Assembly (NCBI RefSeq): GCF_009914755.1
Contig: NC_060947.1
Origin: the human T2T-CHM13v2.0 reference genome, Homo sapiens
Direction: 5' to 3' (one strand)
Length of the DNA stretch: 64,000 nt
The notes below the pieces were generated by a model. The model was not told the origin of the DNA. It worked only from the letters and a program-made list of their open reading frames with translations, and searched no databases. The translations under genes and the position numbers were made by a program. Positions within the stretch are counted from its first letter, which is position 1. Each line of letters opens with the position of its first letter. Positions 18,243 through 33,104 of the stretch are shown here, one piece after another.

Positions 18243-18452
18243 CAGAGGCTGGCAAATTAGGGTCTATGGGTTGTCCAAGCGTTTTTGTAAATAAAGTGTT
18301 ATTGAAACACAGCCACACCCATTTGTTGATGTGCTTTCTGTAACTTTCGTCACAGTAAACTGTAGAGTTGCGTAGTTGAGACAGACTGCACAGGTCACAA
18401 AGTCAGTAATATTTCCTCTCTGGCCTTTTATGGAAAAAGTTTGGGCCATCTT
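18243..18452. mobile_element. MER58A
   Basis: cagaggctggcaaa…tttttgtaaataaagtgttattgaaacacagccacacccattt…ctggccttttatggaaaaagtttg. Confidence 0.88.
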
Positions 18453-18699
18453 AAAATGAGCAAATATTTCCCACAAACACGTAGGTTAATTTTTTTCTTT
18501 TAAAATGTTGAATTGGGAGGGCTGAGGGAAGTGATTTTAAACCTGGAATTCTATATGTAGCATCAAATGCAAGATAAAAGAACACATTTTCAGATACAAA
18601 CAAATAAAACCAATAAAAATAAAAATAAAATAAAATGTTTAATTGGCAAGTAAATATTATATATATATTCAAGGTGTACAATATAATGATTTATGTATA

Positions 18700-19965
<1,266 letters not shown>

Positions 19966-20734
19966 CATAATGGCTAACACAATCAAATTATTAAGCCCAT
20001 CCATCACTACCATACTGTACATTAGATGCCCAGAACTTATACATCTTATAACTGAACGTTCGTATCCTTTGACCAACATCTCCCCATTCCCCCACCCCTC
20101 AGCCCCTGGAAACCACATTCTACTCTCTGTTTCCATTAAGTCAACATTTTTAGATTTCATATATAAGTGAGATCATGCAGTACTTGTCTTTCTGTGTATG
20201 GCTTATTTCACTCAGCTTACATAGCCTAAGCCTGTCTACAACATTTTGCATTTTTTCCTTGTTTTTGGAAGGCATCATAAACTACTAGTAGTTATTTCAA
20301 CTGTTTCTATAAGCCTGGTACTGTGGTATCTCCATGTCAGTTTCATATTTTACATATACCAAACAAGTTATCCTTCCATCTTAAGTGCTGCCTATGAAAT
20401 GAACTATATTGATTTTAATTGAAAGAATATCATATTTATTTGTACTTAAAAATGAGTTATGCTGCTAGCCACATTATACAAAGAAACTTGCTTAAAATGG
20501 GAACACTGGTGTAAGAAAGGCCATTTTTAGTTTATTTTAAATTGAAACATGAAATAATCATAACTTGCATGTGCATATTAATTTATAAATTTTAAAGCTT
20601 TTTTATATATATAGTATATTTATGTATGTATATTTACACACATATACATACACCACATATAGTGTCCTTTTTTATGGAAATGAGTAGGACAGATAATGTT
20701 TTCTTCAATGATCTGTTTACGAAACAAAATTTTA

Positions 20735-21054
<320 letters not shown>

Positions 21055-22238
21055 GTTTTAGAATGTTTTGGTAAGACCAAATTTTCAAAAATGATTGAAA
21101 CATATTTTTAGAGGAAAGATACTTGAGAAAAGGCAGGTAATTTAAGAAAGATTGTGAATGAATGTGAATACAAAGTTAATTTTAAAATGTGAATGAATTC
21201 ATAGCCATACTTTGACATTTCTTAGTCCAATAGTTTGCTTATACATTCTCTTTAATACTGCCAATTTTTTAAAGCTGGAAATTACATCTATATCTGTAAT
21301 ATCAAAAAAGATAGTAGTTGTTCTAAGAGTTCATAAATCAATCCTTTCTGTCCATAGATATTCTTTTCCTCTAACACAAACATCTCTTTTCTCTCCATTC
21401 GACACCAAAAATGTATTCAAAGAATAAATGTTATAATTCTGAAGATTTTAGACATCAAAGAGAGAAGTGCTGTCAACCTTTCAGAAATACTTTTATTAAC
21501 ATGAGCTACATTGCAAGAAAATGAACTATAACATGAATATAAACACTATCTTTCTGGACTAAATTCAGAGTGGAGTTGATTTTATGCATGCCTTAGATGA
21601 GTTTCCATCCAATTTAAAGTTGGAGAAAGAAGAAAAAATTATCCTGAGGATCAAGAGAGAGAACCCCTGGGTCTTTTTAAGAGCATCACTGCCATGGATA
21701 TCAAATGAAAAACAGCATGAAGATTGTTATGCAAACTTTTTTGTCTTATTTGCTGTCTGCTTATACAGTGTGTAAAGGAGCTGCTTAGAGAAACATACAC
21801 GATCACATATGGTCAACGCTCCTTCAAGTTTCATATAAAGATACACATTTTTCACATTCTAGCCATTTCTTACCGGGCCGTAGAAAAAAAAAAAGAGAGA
21901 AACTATATAGCAATCAAGTTGAACAAAAACCTTTTTTCTGGTGAACACATATTTTTTTCAGAGAACAAGCCACTTACTTGTGTATTGAAAGATAATATTT
22001 TATCAAAATAAATAATTTCAAAAGATTATGCAAAAGCAATTTTAGAAAATGGGACCTGATTTTTTAAGTCATAAATTATAGAAAAATGCATGATTCTATA
22101 TAATAAACCTCATTTCAGAAGTTTATGTTTCTTTACACTTTGAGTATGACTCACTCATTTATTATTTATTAATAGAATATTCACCATATGAGTTGGAAAG
22201 ACACATAAAAATAAAAAGTAATTAAAAAGCTAGTTCAT

Positions 22239-22542
<304 letters not shown>

Positions 22543-22889
22543 CTAATCCATTAGTTAGAATCAAATTTAGATTAATTAAATATTCTGAAGGATTTTTTTT
22601 TCTTTAATCTTTCAATTTGCCCTTCATGCCACCATTTTTCTCCATCTTGCTCTCCTTCTCTCCTTCTTCTCTTCTTTTCCTCCTCTTTCTATTTTTCTTT
22701 TTCAAAAATATAAAATAAAAATTAATTGAATGTGTTCATTTGAGTGTCTTGAAAAAGCATGAAACCTCAAGAAATCAAGAGACTGTCTTCAAACCTAAGT
22801 ACAACAACCTGTCTTCTCCTTTTTGCTTCTCCAATGATGTCATTTACAAACTTTAATTAAACTGCATATTATATGATATTTTTCTCATT

Positions 22890-23030
22890 ATCTACGAGAT
22901 TGTATGGTCTTTGAGTGCAGAGAATAGGCTGTATAGATCATGACATCCTCAACACCACCTATATGGTATGAAAAATGTTAGGTGGTCAGCAATGCTTGAG
23001 AAATAATAAATGGATGAATGGTTGAATTAA
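22890..23030 (+). mobile_element. L2 3'-end fragment
   Basis: agattgtatggtctttgagtgcagaga…taggtggtcagcaatgctt…aatggatgaatg tail. Confidence 0.5.
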
Positions 23031-23194
23031 AGAATTGTTTGAGCCAAACACTCTGATAGTAGCCATGGAGTCTGCAAAGAAGATGCTGTGACCCTTGAAT
23101 TTGGGATGGGGTGCAGATTAGTTTTTCTGGGATGGAACTGAACATGTGGGTGATTATTAAGGAAGGCCTTCTTGGGCAACATCTGTAGAAAGAA

Positions 23195-24010
23195 ATGGAT
23201 GCATACAGGAAAGCATATGAATGAGATAGATCAATGTGGGTGAGTGCAAAGATAGATGGTGATGAATCAATAGATGGATGGATGGCTTATAAATAAATAA
23301 ATGAATGGATGGATGCTGAATCAGTAGATGGATGAGTGGATGGATGAAAAGATGGGCAAGTGGATAATGGGTACATTGATGGGTTGATGTATACATGTAT
23401 AGATATGTTGGTACATAAATGAGTGGATGGGTAGATAGGTGAATGAATGAATAGATGGGTAGATGCACGGGTAAATGGTTCAATGGATGAATGGATTGGT
23501 GGATGGATATGTGAATGAATGAATAGTTTGATGAATGGGCAGATGGACAGGTGAATGAATGGATGGATGGATAGATGGATGGATAAATGGATGGATGGAT
23601 GAATGGATTGGTGGATGAAAAGGTAAATGAATGAATGGATAGGTAGATGGGGAAAAAGTGGATTGGTGGATGAAAGGGCAGATGGATAGGTAAAGGAATG
23701 AATGGATAGGTAGGTGGGGAAAAAGTGGATTGGTGGATGAAAGGGCAGATGGATAGGTAAAGGAATGAATGAACGGGTAGATGAATAGATGGATAGATGA
23801 ATAGGCAGATGAATAAGTGAATGAATGGATGGATAGGTAGATGAGTGAATGGATGGGCAGATGGATAGGTGAATGAATAGATGGATGTGTATATAGATGA
23901 AAGAATGGATTGGTGGATGAATAGGTGAATTAATGAATGAATGGGCAGATGGATAGGTGAATGGATGGATGGGTGGGTGAATTGATGGATGGATGGATGG
24001 ATGGATAGAA
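23195..24010. repeat. Degenerate (TGGA/TGAA/TAGA)n tract
   Basis: ~800 bp of tetranucleotide variants, including a 67-bp tandem duplication. Confidence 0.95.
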
Positions 24011-24611
24011 AGACATATGCATATGTAAAAATACATGCATGCAGTATTTTGTGTCAGATGAATTGCCAATATTGACAATACATAACAATTTTTAAAGTTA
24101 CAAGTATAGTAATTTCATAGGAATTATATGCTTATATATATTATTCATTAATATTTTCAAATGTTTTACTTCTATGGAGAGAGAGAGGGGACAGAAAAAG
24201 AAAAAGGAAAAAAGGGAGAAGCAGACAGGCAGAAGTAGTGTCCATAATGAACCAAAGCATTCAAACACAGAAAAATATACGTTTTAGCAACAGGAAAGTC
24301 ATTAGATAAATAAAATATTAGATATCTAGGGCATTACTTATACACTTATTTTGTGTATCAGAGGAAATTATTATTTTTTTAATTGTAACACTTAATGCAT
24401 CCCATAGAAAGGGCTCCTGATGCTCTCTGTAAAAGTGACTTACTTGTGCCCATGACAGCCATAATCACATGAGAGGAACAAATGGGTATCATAGATGTTA
24501 GGATGAAATAGTTGTGATTTCGAGCAAATAGCCTGGCTTTCTCACCAGGGATAGAAGAGCTTGGCAAGAATGCAGAGGATATCACTAGAACCACCACAAA
24601 CACACAACGGA

Positions 24612-24700
24612 GACCTTCTATATACACTGTACTTACAGAAACAGAATTGTTTCTGACCTTCTATATACACTGTACTTCTTCCAGAAATAGAATTGTTTCT
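24612..24700. repeat. 43/46-bp tandem duplication
   Basis: gaccttctatatacactgtactt…cagaaa(c/t)agaattgtttct present twice. Confidence 0.95.
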
Positions 24701-25799
24701 GCCCAGTTACATTTGAAGTTCTGATAAACTCCGAATGTAGTATTAGTATGAGCATATCCTAACTGTGGCATGTTACAAAATGCTTATACAGAAAGAGTAT
24801 GCGGCAGTTTTCTCAAATTTGAATTAAACAGTGTGTTGCTGTAATTTAATTTGCTAAATTTAGCAATCATCTTATGCAGAAAGAGGAGTGGCTCCTATAG
24901 AGGTTTAGGACATAGATAAGTCTTAAATAAATAGGATATCTTTAAGTGACACTGAGAGCGGAAATGATCATGATATCCAGAGAAATTTAAGAACTCTGAA
25001 TAAATTTCAGAATCGTTATTCATACTCTGGGCATTAGTCAACTAGATTTTTTTTGTTTGTGTGAGTGACGTGGGTTTCTGGGAAAAAAACGTTTTGGGAA
25101 TGCTTGTATATCTCTATTATTTTTCTATCAATTGTGTTCATTTTTTGGTTTGAGTGCCCTCATACTGTAAGTTACATACAAAAAGACTATGAATGCATAT
25201 TTATTTCAGAACTATTCAGAAGTGGAAAACATTTAGGTTGCATGGCCAATCTTAACCTCCCTTTGTATTCTTCTACCTTAATTCACTTTCAAGAAGTTGT
25301 TTGCTGCATAGAAAACATAATCACTGATATTAATTATGTTTTGATTGTCTCAAAGGAGGTAACATGCACAATAAATAAGGAAATTATTATTCCAAATATA
25401 GTTATGTTTAATTATAGCAGAAGAGCAAAAGGCTTTAGAATCTTCCACACATCCCTGAAAAACGTACTGTCCTAGGATATGATTCTCCAGGGACAAAATG
25501 AAATGCAGAGAAAAGGACATTGCAGGTGCGTAAAGAGAAACAATACCAATTAGAAAAGAAATGCATGAATGGCTGACCTTTTTTAGGGAGTTTCTCTCAC
25601 CTGTTATATGCTACCTCTGCACTTTTATAAATGCCACAAAATGTATGAGCAGCTTCTATAGAAAGTTTGCATCTAACTTTACAGAAATTGTGTGGAACAT
25701 AAAAAACACAATAAAAACCAGAATTGAACTCTTTCGTGTACATGTGTATCAATGTGTTATTTTACCTTACCTTGAATATTTAAAAATAATAAATATCTA

Positions 25800-26127
25800 A
25801 GCATCTATCTTCATGTATTTATATTTATCTCATCTATTCCATTTATTCCATCTATGTACATATGTATGTATGTATCTATCTGTCTATCTGTCTACCTACC
25901 TATCCATTCATCTATGTATCTCCATCTATTTATCTATCCTATCGATTTTGTCTATCTACCTATCTCTACTTATCCATTCATCCAGCCACCTACCTATCCT
26001 ATCTATCTGTCTGTCTGTCTGTCTGCCTGTCTATCTATCTATCTACCTATCCCTCTAGCTATCTAGCTAGCTAAATTAGATAAACGATAGCTAGCTAGGT
26101 GGCTATTATTTATCTAATTTATCTACC
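25800..26127. repeat. Degenerate (TCTA/TCTG/TCCA)n tract
   Basis: Tetranucleotide variants visible directly. Confidence 0.93.
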
Positions 26128-26881
26128 TTGTAAACTCACATTTAACACTTTCCCCAAAACATATAAACCTCTTGTAGAACAAACTATTAAACACAAGGTA
26201 AGATTTTAATATAAATAGATTGTCTCTGTTCTTTTCTATCCACAACAACAATGAAACTACAATGAGTATTTTATTTTTGCATAGTTTTTATCATTTTGAT
26301 ATAATTTACTACTATAATCAGTGTCAATACATTTAAATTTCTAATAGGCATCTATTTGTTTTTATTTTATTTTTAAAAGCGAGTATACACTTACCATGAG
26401 TCACCTGTTTAATGAGTAGTTTGATCCTGCAATACCCGTTTTATTACAGAATCAAATATTTTAATGAAATTCTAATTTGACAAATATTTTGATAGTTTAA
26501 GATTCTGAATCACATTAAAGAAGGTATTTTTATATTTCAACATGAAAAACTGCTGGGCTACACATATCCAGTGGTTTTGAATTTGTGCAAAAATTTTTTT
26601 GCATTATTCAAACTATATGTGCAATTACTATAAACTGAGTAAATGATAGCATTTGAGTTTCAATATATTTTCATGGCAATATTCTATCTCCAGAATCATG
26701 TTGCCTCTATTTGATAAGAAAATCAGATTGCAAAGCCTAAGATAATCTGAAGTGACAGCAAAGGATAAAAAGACATCAGGGAAAGAACTCTGAGCACAAC
26801 TCTGTAGAGCTGGAAGGCCACATTTATTTAAAGATAAATTGTTAAGATGAATGTCCTGAGGTATGGAGAGTGGACCTTTAA

Positions 26882-26962
26882 ATCAATAAACATGGAAAAG
26901 GGCCAATGATATGATTCAGAGGGAGAGAGAGAGAAAGAGGAGCGAGAGAGAGTGAGACAAAA

Positions 26963-27003
<41 letters not shown>

Positions 27004-27262
27004 TGTCTTTGGAGCCATTTGTAGCACAATGAACCAGTCCACAGCAAGAGTCAATAGACATAAGAAAAGGCCAAGGTTATGATTCAGAGAGAGAAAGAGA
27101 GAGGAGAAAAAGAGAAAGAGAGAGAGAGAGAGAGCTCTTGTCTTTGGAGCCATTTGTAACACAATAAACACATCCACAGCAAGGCTCAACAGACAGAAGA
27201 AAAGGCAAATAAATTGATTTATAGGCCATTTGTAACACAATAAAGCAACCCACAGCAAGGCT
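26882..27262. repeat. Composite tandem repeat (~2.5 units) with embedded (GA)n
   Basis: aaaaggcca…tatgattcagag[(GA)n]cttgtctttggagccatttgta…cacaat…ccacagcaag repeated. Confidence 0.92.
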
Positions 27263-27952
27263 ATATTTAAATCTCAGGGTACAAAAATATCACCAAAACC
27301 AAATAACAACTGAGACATTGGTGTCTCGCAATTATCAAACAAGTGAATTGATACAAATTAATTAGCCCTGATAATGAGCATTTACAGATACCTTCAAATT
27401 CAAAAAAGAATAAATGCATGCAAAGCATCTTCAAAATCTTGACAAAATATTGTGGGTTTGATTTTTCTTCACTGTGTTTCTTTCACCTTAGAGTTTGTCT
27501 CCTTGTGGTAGCTGTCACATCAACTTGGCAGCAAATGGCAGACATGGAATTTTGGGAGTCTGGGTGGCCCACCTGTGAATCCTCTTCACTTCAACTCCCC
27601 ACCTCCAGCATGAGAAGTCACACTGAAGATAAGTGCTCAGTCAATAAAACCCTGGATACACTCATTAATGAAAGACCGCGTCATGAGAGAAGCATTTAAG
27701 GGCATGAGTAGGTAGACATGCATAAAATCAAATGTGCCACCTCCCCCACGCCATAGTGCAACACTCCCTAAATGCTTTTTAACACACATGGTAGCAAGAA
27801 ACTTTGGTGAGACCTAACTTTTTTTTGGATGAATAAAAACACAGTGCTTCTGCTCCTCGTGAGCTTTGGTTTGATGAAGAAGGCAGCAATTTAACAAGCA
27901 TGGTGGATGTTAACACTACTGGGTAATGCTGAGAACTCTGTCAGGAGTCACA

Positions 27953-28771
27953 TGTGAACCCCCAAAATCTGAGACAGGTCTCAATTAATTTAGAAGGTTT
28001 ATTTTGCTAAGGTTGAGGACACGCGCCCATTACACAACCTCAGGAGGTCCTGATGACATGTGCCCAAGGTGGCCACAGCATAGTTTGGTTTTATACATTT
28101 TAGGGAGAAATGAGACCTCAATCGACATGTGTAAGATGAACATTGGTTTGATCTGGAAAGGCTGGACAACTCGAACCGGGGAGGGGGCCTCCAGGTCATA
28201 GGTAGACAAGAGACAAATGGTTGCATTCTTTTGAGTTTCTGCTTAGCCTTTCCAAAGAAGGTGATATGGTTTGGCTGTGTCCCCACCCAAATCTCAACTT
28301 GAATTGTATCTCCCAGAATTCCCACATGTTGTGGGAGGGACCCAGGAGGAGGTAATTGAATCATGGGGGCGAGTCTTTCTCGTGCTAGTCTCATGATAGT
28401 AAATAAGTCTCATGAGATCTGATGGGTTTATCAGGGGTTTCTGCTTTTGCTTCCTCCTCATTTTCTCTTGCTGCTGCCATGTAAGAAGTGCCTTTTGCCT
28501 CCCGCCATGATTCTGAGGCCTCAGAATCATAGTTCCAGCCATGTGGAACTATAATTCCAATTAAACCTCTTTTCCTTCCCAGTCTCAGGTGTGTCTTTAT
28601 CAGCAGTGTGAAAATGGACTAATACAGGAGGCCATCAGATATGCGTTTATCTCAGTGAGCAGAGGGGTGACTTTGAATAGAATGGGAGGCAGATTTGCCC
28701 TAAGAAGTTCCCAGCTTGACTTTTCACTTTAGCTTAGGGATTTTGGGTGCCCAAGATATTTTCCTTTCACA
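27953..28771 (-). mobile_element. MER4A solo LTR, split by THE1A
   Basis: tgtgaacccccaaaatctgagacaggtctca…cctcaggaggtcctgatgacatgtgcccaagg … ttttcctttcaca; TSD caca/cact. Confidence 0.92.
28262..28626 (+). mobile_element. THE1A solo LTR
   Basis: tgatatggtttggctgtgtccccacccaaatctcaacttgaattgtatctcccagaattccc…ggactaataca; TSD gaagg/ggagg. Confidence 0.93.
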
Positions 28772-29159
28772 CACTGTACCTCTGAAACAGCTCTGCTTAA
28801 CATGTCTCATGAAATCTGCACTTGTAATCCATAGACCACATTCAATACTTACCAATTCTCCACACTGCTCATTTCCACTAGCATTTTCTTCAGCCTTTGA
28901 TGATTCTAACAATTTGTATTGTTCCTCTTAGTTCCTCATGATCTTCTTCACCCTGTTCTACCAAATCATTAACTCTTAGTATTGTTCAGGGTTTTCTCAC
29001 ACAGCACATTTTTTTTTCTGTAAATTGCCCCCATTTGCTCCCAGGGAGTCCACGAGTGTCTATCCTTATTGTAGACTCTTATGATTGTTTGCTTCTTTTT
29101 GGCTTAGTCTTCTTTTCTGATATCTACATAAAAATTTTTTACATTGTATAAAAAGTAAT

Positions 29160-29893
29160 TGTGTCATTCATTCCTGATGGTTTCCGTAATAAATTATCAC
29201 CGAGTGGCTTAAAACAGCAGAAATACATTATCTTACAGTCTTACAGGTCAGAAGTCTTACAAGTCAGAAGTCTTACATGCTAAAATAAGGGCTATGGCTG
29301 GTTTGCATTTGCTCCTGGAGGCTGAAGGGGAAAATCTGTTTTCTTGCCTTTTCTGGCTTCTAGATGAAATCGCCCATGTTCCTTAGCTCATACCCTCCTT
29401 GGTCATCTTCACGGCCATTAACATCACATCTCTCTCTGACCCTTCTTCTGGCCCGAGAGCCAGGAAATGTTCTGCACTTTTATCAACTTTTGTGATGACA
29501 TTGGGCCCTCCTGGGTAAAGCAGGGTATTCTTGCATGTTGAAATCAGTAGCCCTAATCCCATCCACAAAGTCCTTCTTGCCATGAAAGGTAACATATTCC
29601 CAGGGGCTGATTCTTTGGGCTTAGGCATCTTTTTAAAATTTATTTTTATTTTTAATTTTTGTGGGTATATAGTAAGTGTATATATTTATGGAGTACATGA
29701 AGTGTTTTAATACAGGCATGTAATGCATCATAGTCATATCTTGGAGAATGAGGTATCCATCCTGTCAAGCATTTATGCTTTGTATTACAAACAATCCAAT
29801 GATAGTCTTTTAGCTATTTTTAAGTATACAATTAGGTTATTATTGACCATGGACCTAGGCATCTTTGAGAGACCATTATTCTGCATATCGCAC
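29160..29893 (-). mobile_element. MLT1D/E-like MaLR LTR, split by short L1
   Basis: gtggcttaaaacagcagaaat…ttgccttttctggcttctaga…tgacattgggcc…aaggtaacatattc…ccattattctgc. Confidence 0.85.
29630..29849 (-). mobile_element. L1MA1-3-like short 3' end
   Basis: aatttttgtgggtatatagtaagtgtatatatttatggagtacatga…tacaggcatg; TSD tgg(g/a)c(t/c)taggcatcttt. Confidence 0.88.
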
Positions 29894-30151
29894 TGATATG
29901 GTTTGGCTATATCCCCACCCAAAACTCATCTTGAATTCCCCCTTGTTGTGGGAGAGGCCTGGTGGGAGGTAATTGAATCATGGGGGCAGGTCTTTCCTGT
30001 GCCATTCTCGTGATAGTGAATAAGTCTCACAAGATCTGATGGTTCTATAAGGGGGAGTTTCCCTGCACAAGCTCTCTTTTTGCCTGCCACCACCCATGTA
30101 AGATGTAATTTGCTCCTCCTTGCCTTCCGGCATGATTGTGAGGCCTCCCCA
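29894..30151 (+). mobile_element. THE1B-like LTR, 3'-truncated
   Basis: tgatatggtttggcta…; similarity stops abruptly at gaggcctcccca. Confidence 0.9.
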
Positions 30152-30175
30152 ATGAAATTGTTATGTTATACTATA

Positions 30176-30387
30176 CAATAGTTCTCCCTTATTTGTGGTT
30201 TTGCTTTCTGTAGTTTCAGTTACTCATGGTAAAGTCCATAATATATGAAAAGAAAGGGAGCACCAGTGCATGCATGTTCACATAACTTTCATTAAAGCAT
30301 ATTGTTATAATCATTCTATTTTATTATTAGTTGTTAATTTATAAATTAGACTTTATCATAAGTAAACATGTATAGGAAAAAGCTACA

Positions 30388-30419
<32 letters not shown>

Positions 30420-30514
30420 GTCTATCTATCTCATTACTATCTGAGGTTTCAGGCATCCACTGGGGGTGGGAGTATTTTTACTATATATCTCCTGTGGATA
30501 AGGGAGAACTGCTG
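30176..30514. mobile_element. MER44 (Tigger7-derived MITE) containing (TCTA)n
   Basis: Inverted termini caatagttctcccttat / ataagggagaactgctg, TA TSDs, gaggtttcaggcatccactggggg; (TCTA)n at ~30389-30432. Confidence 0.88.
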
Positions 30515-30584
30515 TATTAGTATAACAAACACTACTAAACTCAAGTGAAAAATAAATATTCCCTCTAAAATTCTCATGAGGTGG

Positions 30585-31110
30585 TAAAAATGCAAATGAG
30601 ATCATTGCTCTCCCCGCTGAAAATAAAGCAATGGCTTCTAATTTATTTTATGATAAAGCAGAAAGCTGAGCCATGGCCTTTAAGTTCCTACACAATCTAG
30701 TTCCTCTTTTACCACCTAACTCATCACTTTCCATTGTCTCTGCAGCTCAGAGCTTCAGCCACACTCATTACACTTCTCGTGCTAGAACCTGCCTAGCTCA
30801 GCCATTCCTCCCAGCTCATGTGCTGGTTGTGCACTTTTTCAAACACTCTTTCTTCCCTCTCATCACTAAGACAACATAAATCACTCCCCGCCAGGCTACC
30901 TTATCATAATTAGACTTCATCCATCCCTCTGACATCTTCTTCTCTCTTTGCTTTGCAATCTTGTCACTTCCTGAAGTCACCTGTTAATGTATTTGGTTAT
31001 TTTTTTGCATATTTTACACTCAGCGCCCAAAGGAATGCAACTCATGAGAGCACAAGCATTGCCTTTCAGGACACTTGCTATAAACCCAACCCTTGAACAG
31101 ATAGTGAGTA
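30585..31110 (+). mobile_element. L2 fragment
   Basis: aaatgcaaatgagatcatt…caatggcttc…catggcctttaagttcctacacaatct…gaatgcaactcatgagagca. Confidence 0.6.
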
Positions 31111-31483
31111 CTAGATGCTGGATATCTGCCTAGCACTTCAATGGAAGCTGCGCTCAGGAAAGTTGAGCCTAACACAAGGCCTTAGCAACTAGGGAAATAC
31201 CCAGGTAGGAACATGAACAGAAAACTGCCCTATTGATTCTAAAACTTCAGGCATTAGAAGAAATCACAGGTAATTGAAACAAAAACAGAGAAAGAATGAA
31301 GAAAGACCAGAAGTTCACTGCCTGACTTTGTTGTTGTTGCCATTGTTATTTTTTGGCAGAAAGTAAGTTATTTCTGATTATTTCCTTCTCCCTGTAATAC
31401 AACACAATGCAGTGTTTATATCTTTATTATCGTCTCTCATCAATGTTTTGTTGTTTATTTGTTTGCATGTTTTCAAAGTAGCT

Positions 31484-31975
31484 CAGTGGTCCCCAACCTT
31501 TTTGGCCCCAGTGTCCAGTTTCATGGAAGACAATTTTTCCATGGATGAAGGTTGGAGGGATGGTTTGGGGATGATTCAAGGGCATTACATTCATTGTGCA
31601 TTTGATTTCTATTATTATTACATTGTAATATACAATGAAATAGTTATACAACTCATCCAAATGTAGAATCAGTGGGAGCCTGGAGCTTGTTTTCTTGCAA
31701 CTAGATGGCCCCGTCTGGGGGTGATGGGAGACAGTGACAGATCATCAGACATTCTCATAAGGAGTGCACAACCTAGATCCGTTGCATGCATAGTTCACAA
31801 TAGGGTTCATGCTTCTATGAGAACATAATGCCTCGGATGATATGACGGGAGGCAGAGCTCAGGTGGTAATGTGAGTGATAGCAGCTGTAAACACAAATGA
31901 AGCTTCACTTGCTCACCCACCACTCACCTTTTACTGTGCTGCCCAGTTCCCAACGGGACATGGACAAGTACACCT
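31484..31975 (-). mobile_element. MER1A, copy 2 (one end degraded)
   Basis: cagtggtccccaacctttttggc…tttcatggaagacaatttttcc…tagaatcagtgggagcc. Confidence 0.93.
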
Positions 31976-32319
31976 GACATAGATCTTCCATGTATAAACA
32001 CATCTCCAAATAGTTCATTTCTTTTGGTGCAAATGGAAGTAATATAATGCTTTCCTCCTCCCTTGTTTGTTTGTTTATTGTTGGCTTGTTTCTTTTGCTT
32101 CCCTGTGATGAGATCCTGGCTATGTATTCTCAGCTGGGTTGTGGAACCAGTGCCGTGGACTCCTACTCAGAGTAGCCATTGGCCACTCATTGCTGCTGCT
32201 AACTTGGATAACTCAATTGAATCATTGCTGGAGTTCCCCCTTGAATAAATATTGTTTTCCTCCTCAGAAACAAAAGTATCTCTGTAGGGAGGTACATTAA
32301 GACCATGCCAATACCCCCT

Positions 32320-33078
32320 TTCACTGATCATTAGAGAATGCAAATCAAAACCACAATGAGATACCATCTCACACCAGTCAGAAGGGCTATTATCAAAAAG
32401 TCAAAAGACAACAGATGCTGGTTAGGTTGGGGAGAAAAAGGACCCCTTTTACACTATTGATGAGAATGTAAATTAGTTGTACCATGGTGGAAGACAGTGT
32501 GATGATTTCTCAAAGACCTAAAGACAGAAATACCATTCGACCCAGCAATCCCATTACTGGGTACATACCCTAAGGAATATAAATTATTCTATTATAAAGA
32601 TACATACATGCATATGTTCATTGCAGCACTATTCACAATAGCAAAGACATGAAATCAACCTAAATGCCTATCAGTGCCAGACTGGATAGAGAAAATGTGG
32701 TACATATATACCATGGAATAGTATGCAGTCATAAAAGGAAACAACATCATGTCCTTTGCAGGGACATGAATACAGTTGGAAGCCATTATCCTCAGCAAAC
32801 TAATGCAGGATCAGAAAACCAAATATCACATGTTATCACTTGTAAATGGGAGCTCAATGATGAGAACACATGGACACATGCAGGGGAACACACACTGGGG
32901 CCTGTTGGGGGTGGTTTTGGGGGAGGGAGAGCATCAGGAAGAATAGCTAATGGATGCTGGGATTAATACCTGGGTGATGGGATGATCTGTGCAGCAAACC
33001 ATCATGGTGCACACTTCCTATGTAACAAGACTGCCCATCCTGCACATGTACCCCTGAAATTTAAAGTTGAAGAAAAAA
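32320..33078 (+). mobile_element. L1PA13-15-like 3' end
   Basis: ORF2 end (atgcaaatcaaaaccacaatgagatacc) plus 3' UTR gagcatcaggaagaatagctaatggatgctggg and A tail. Confidence 0.92.
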
Positions 33079-33104
33079 ATTTCCCTCTATATTTAGTAAG
33101 ATTT

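Noticed and set aside
23287-24078. 263-aa minus-strand ORF (longest in the track)
   Set aside because: Translation of the (TCCA/TTCA)n tract (SIHP repeats); this strand lacks stops by composition.
25065-25475. 136-aa ORF in unique sequence
   Set aside because: GTG start, no recognisable domain or exon support, and composition simply reflects AT-rich DNA.
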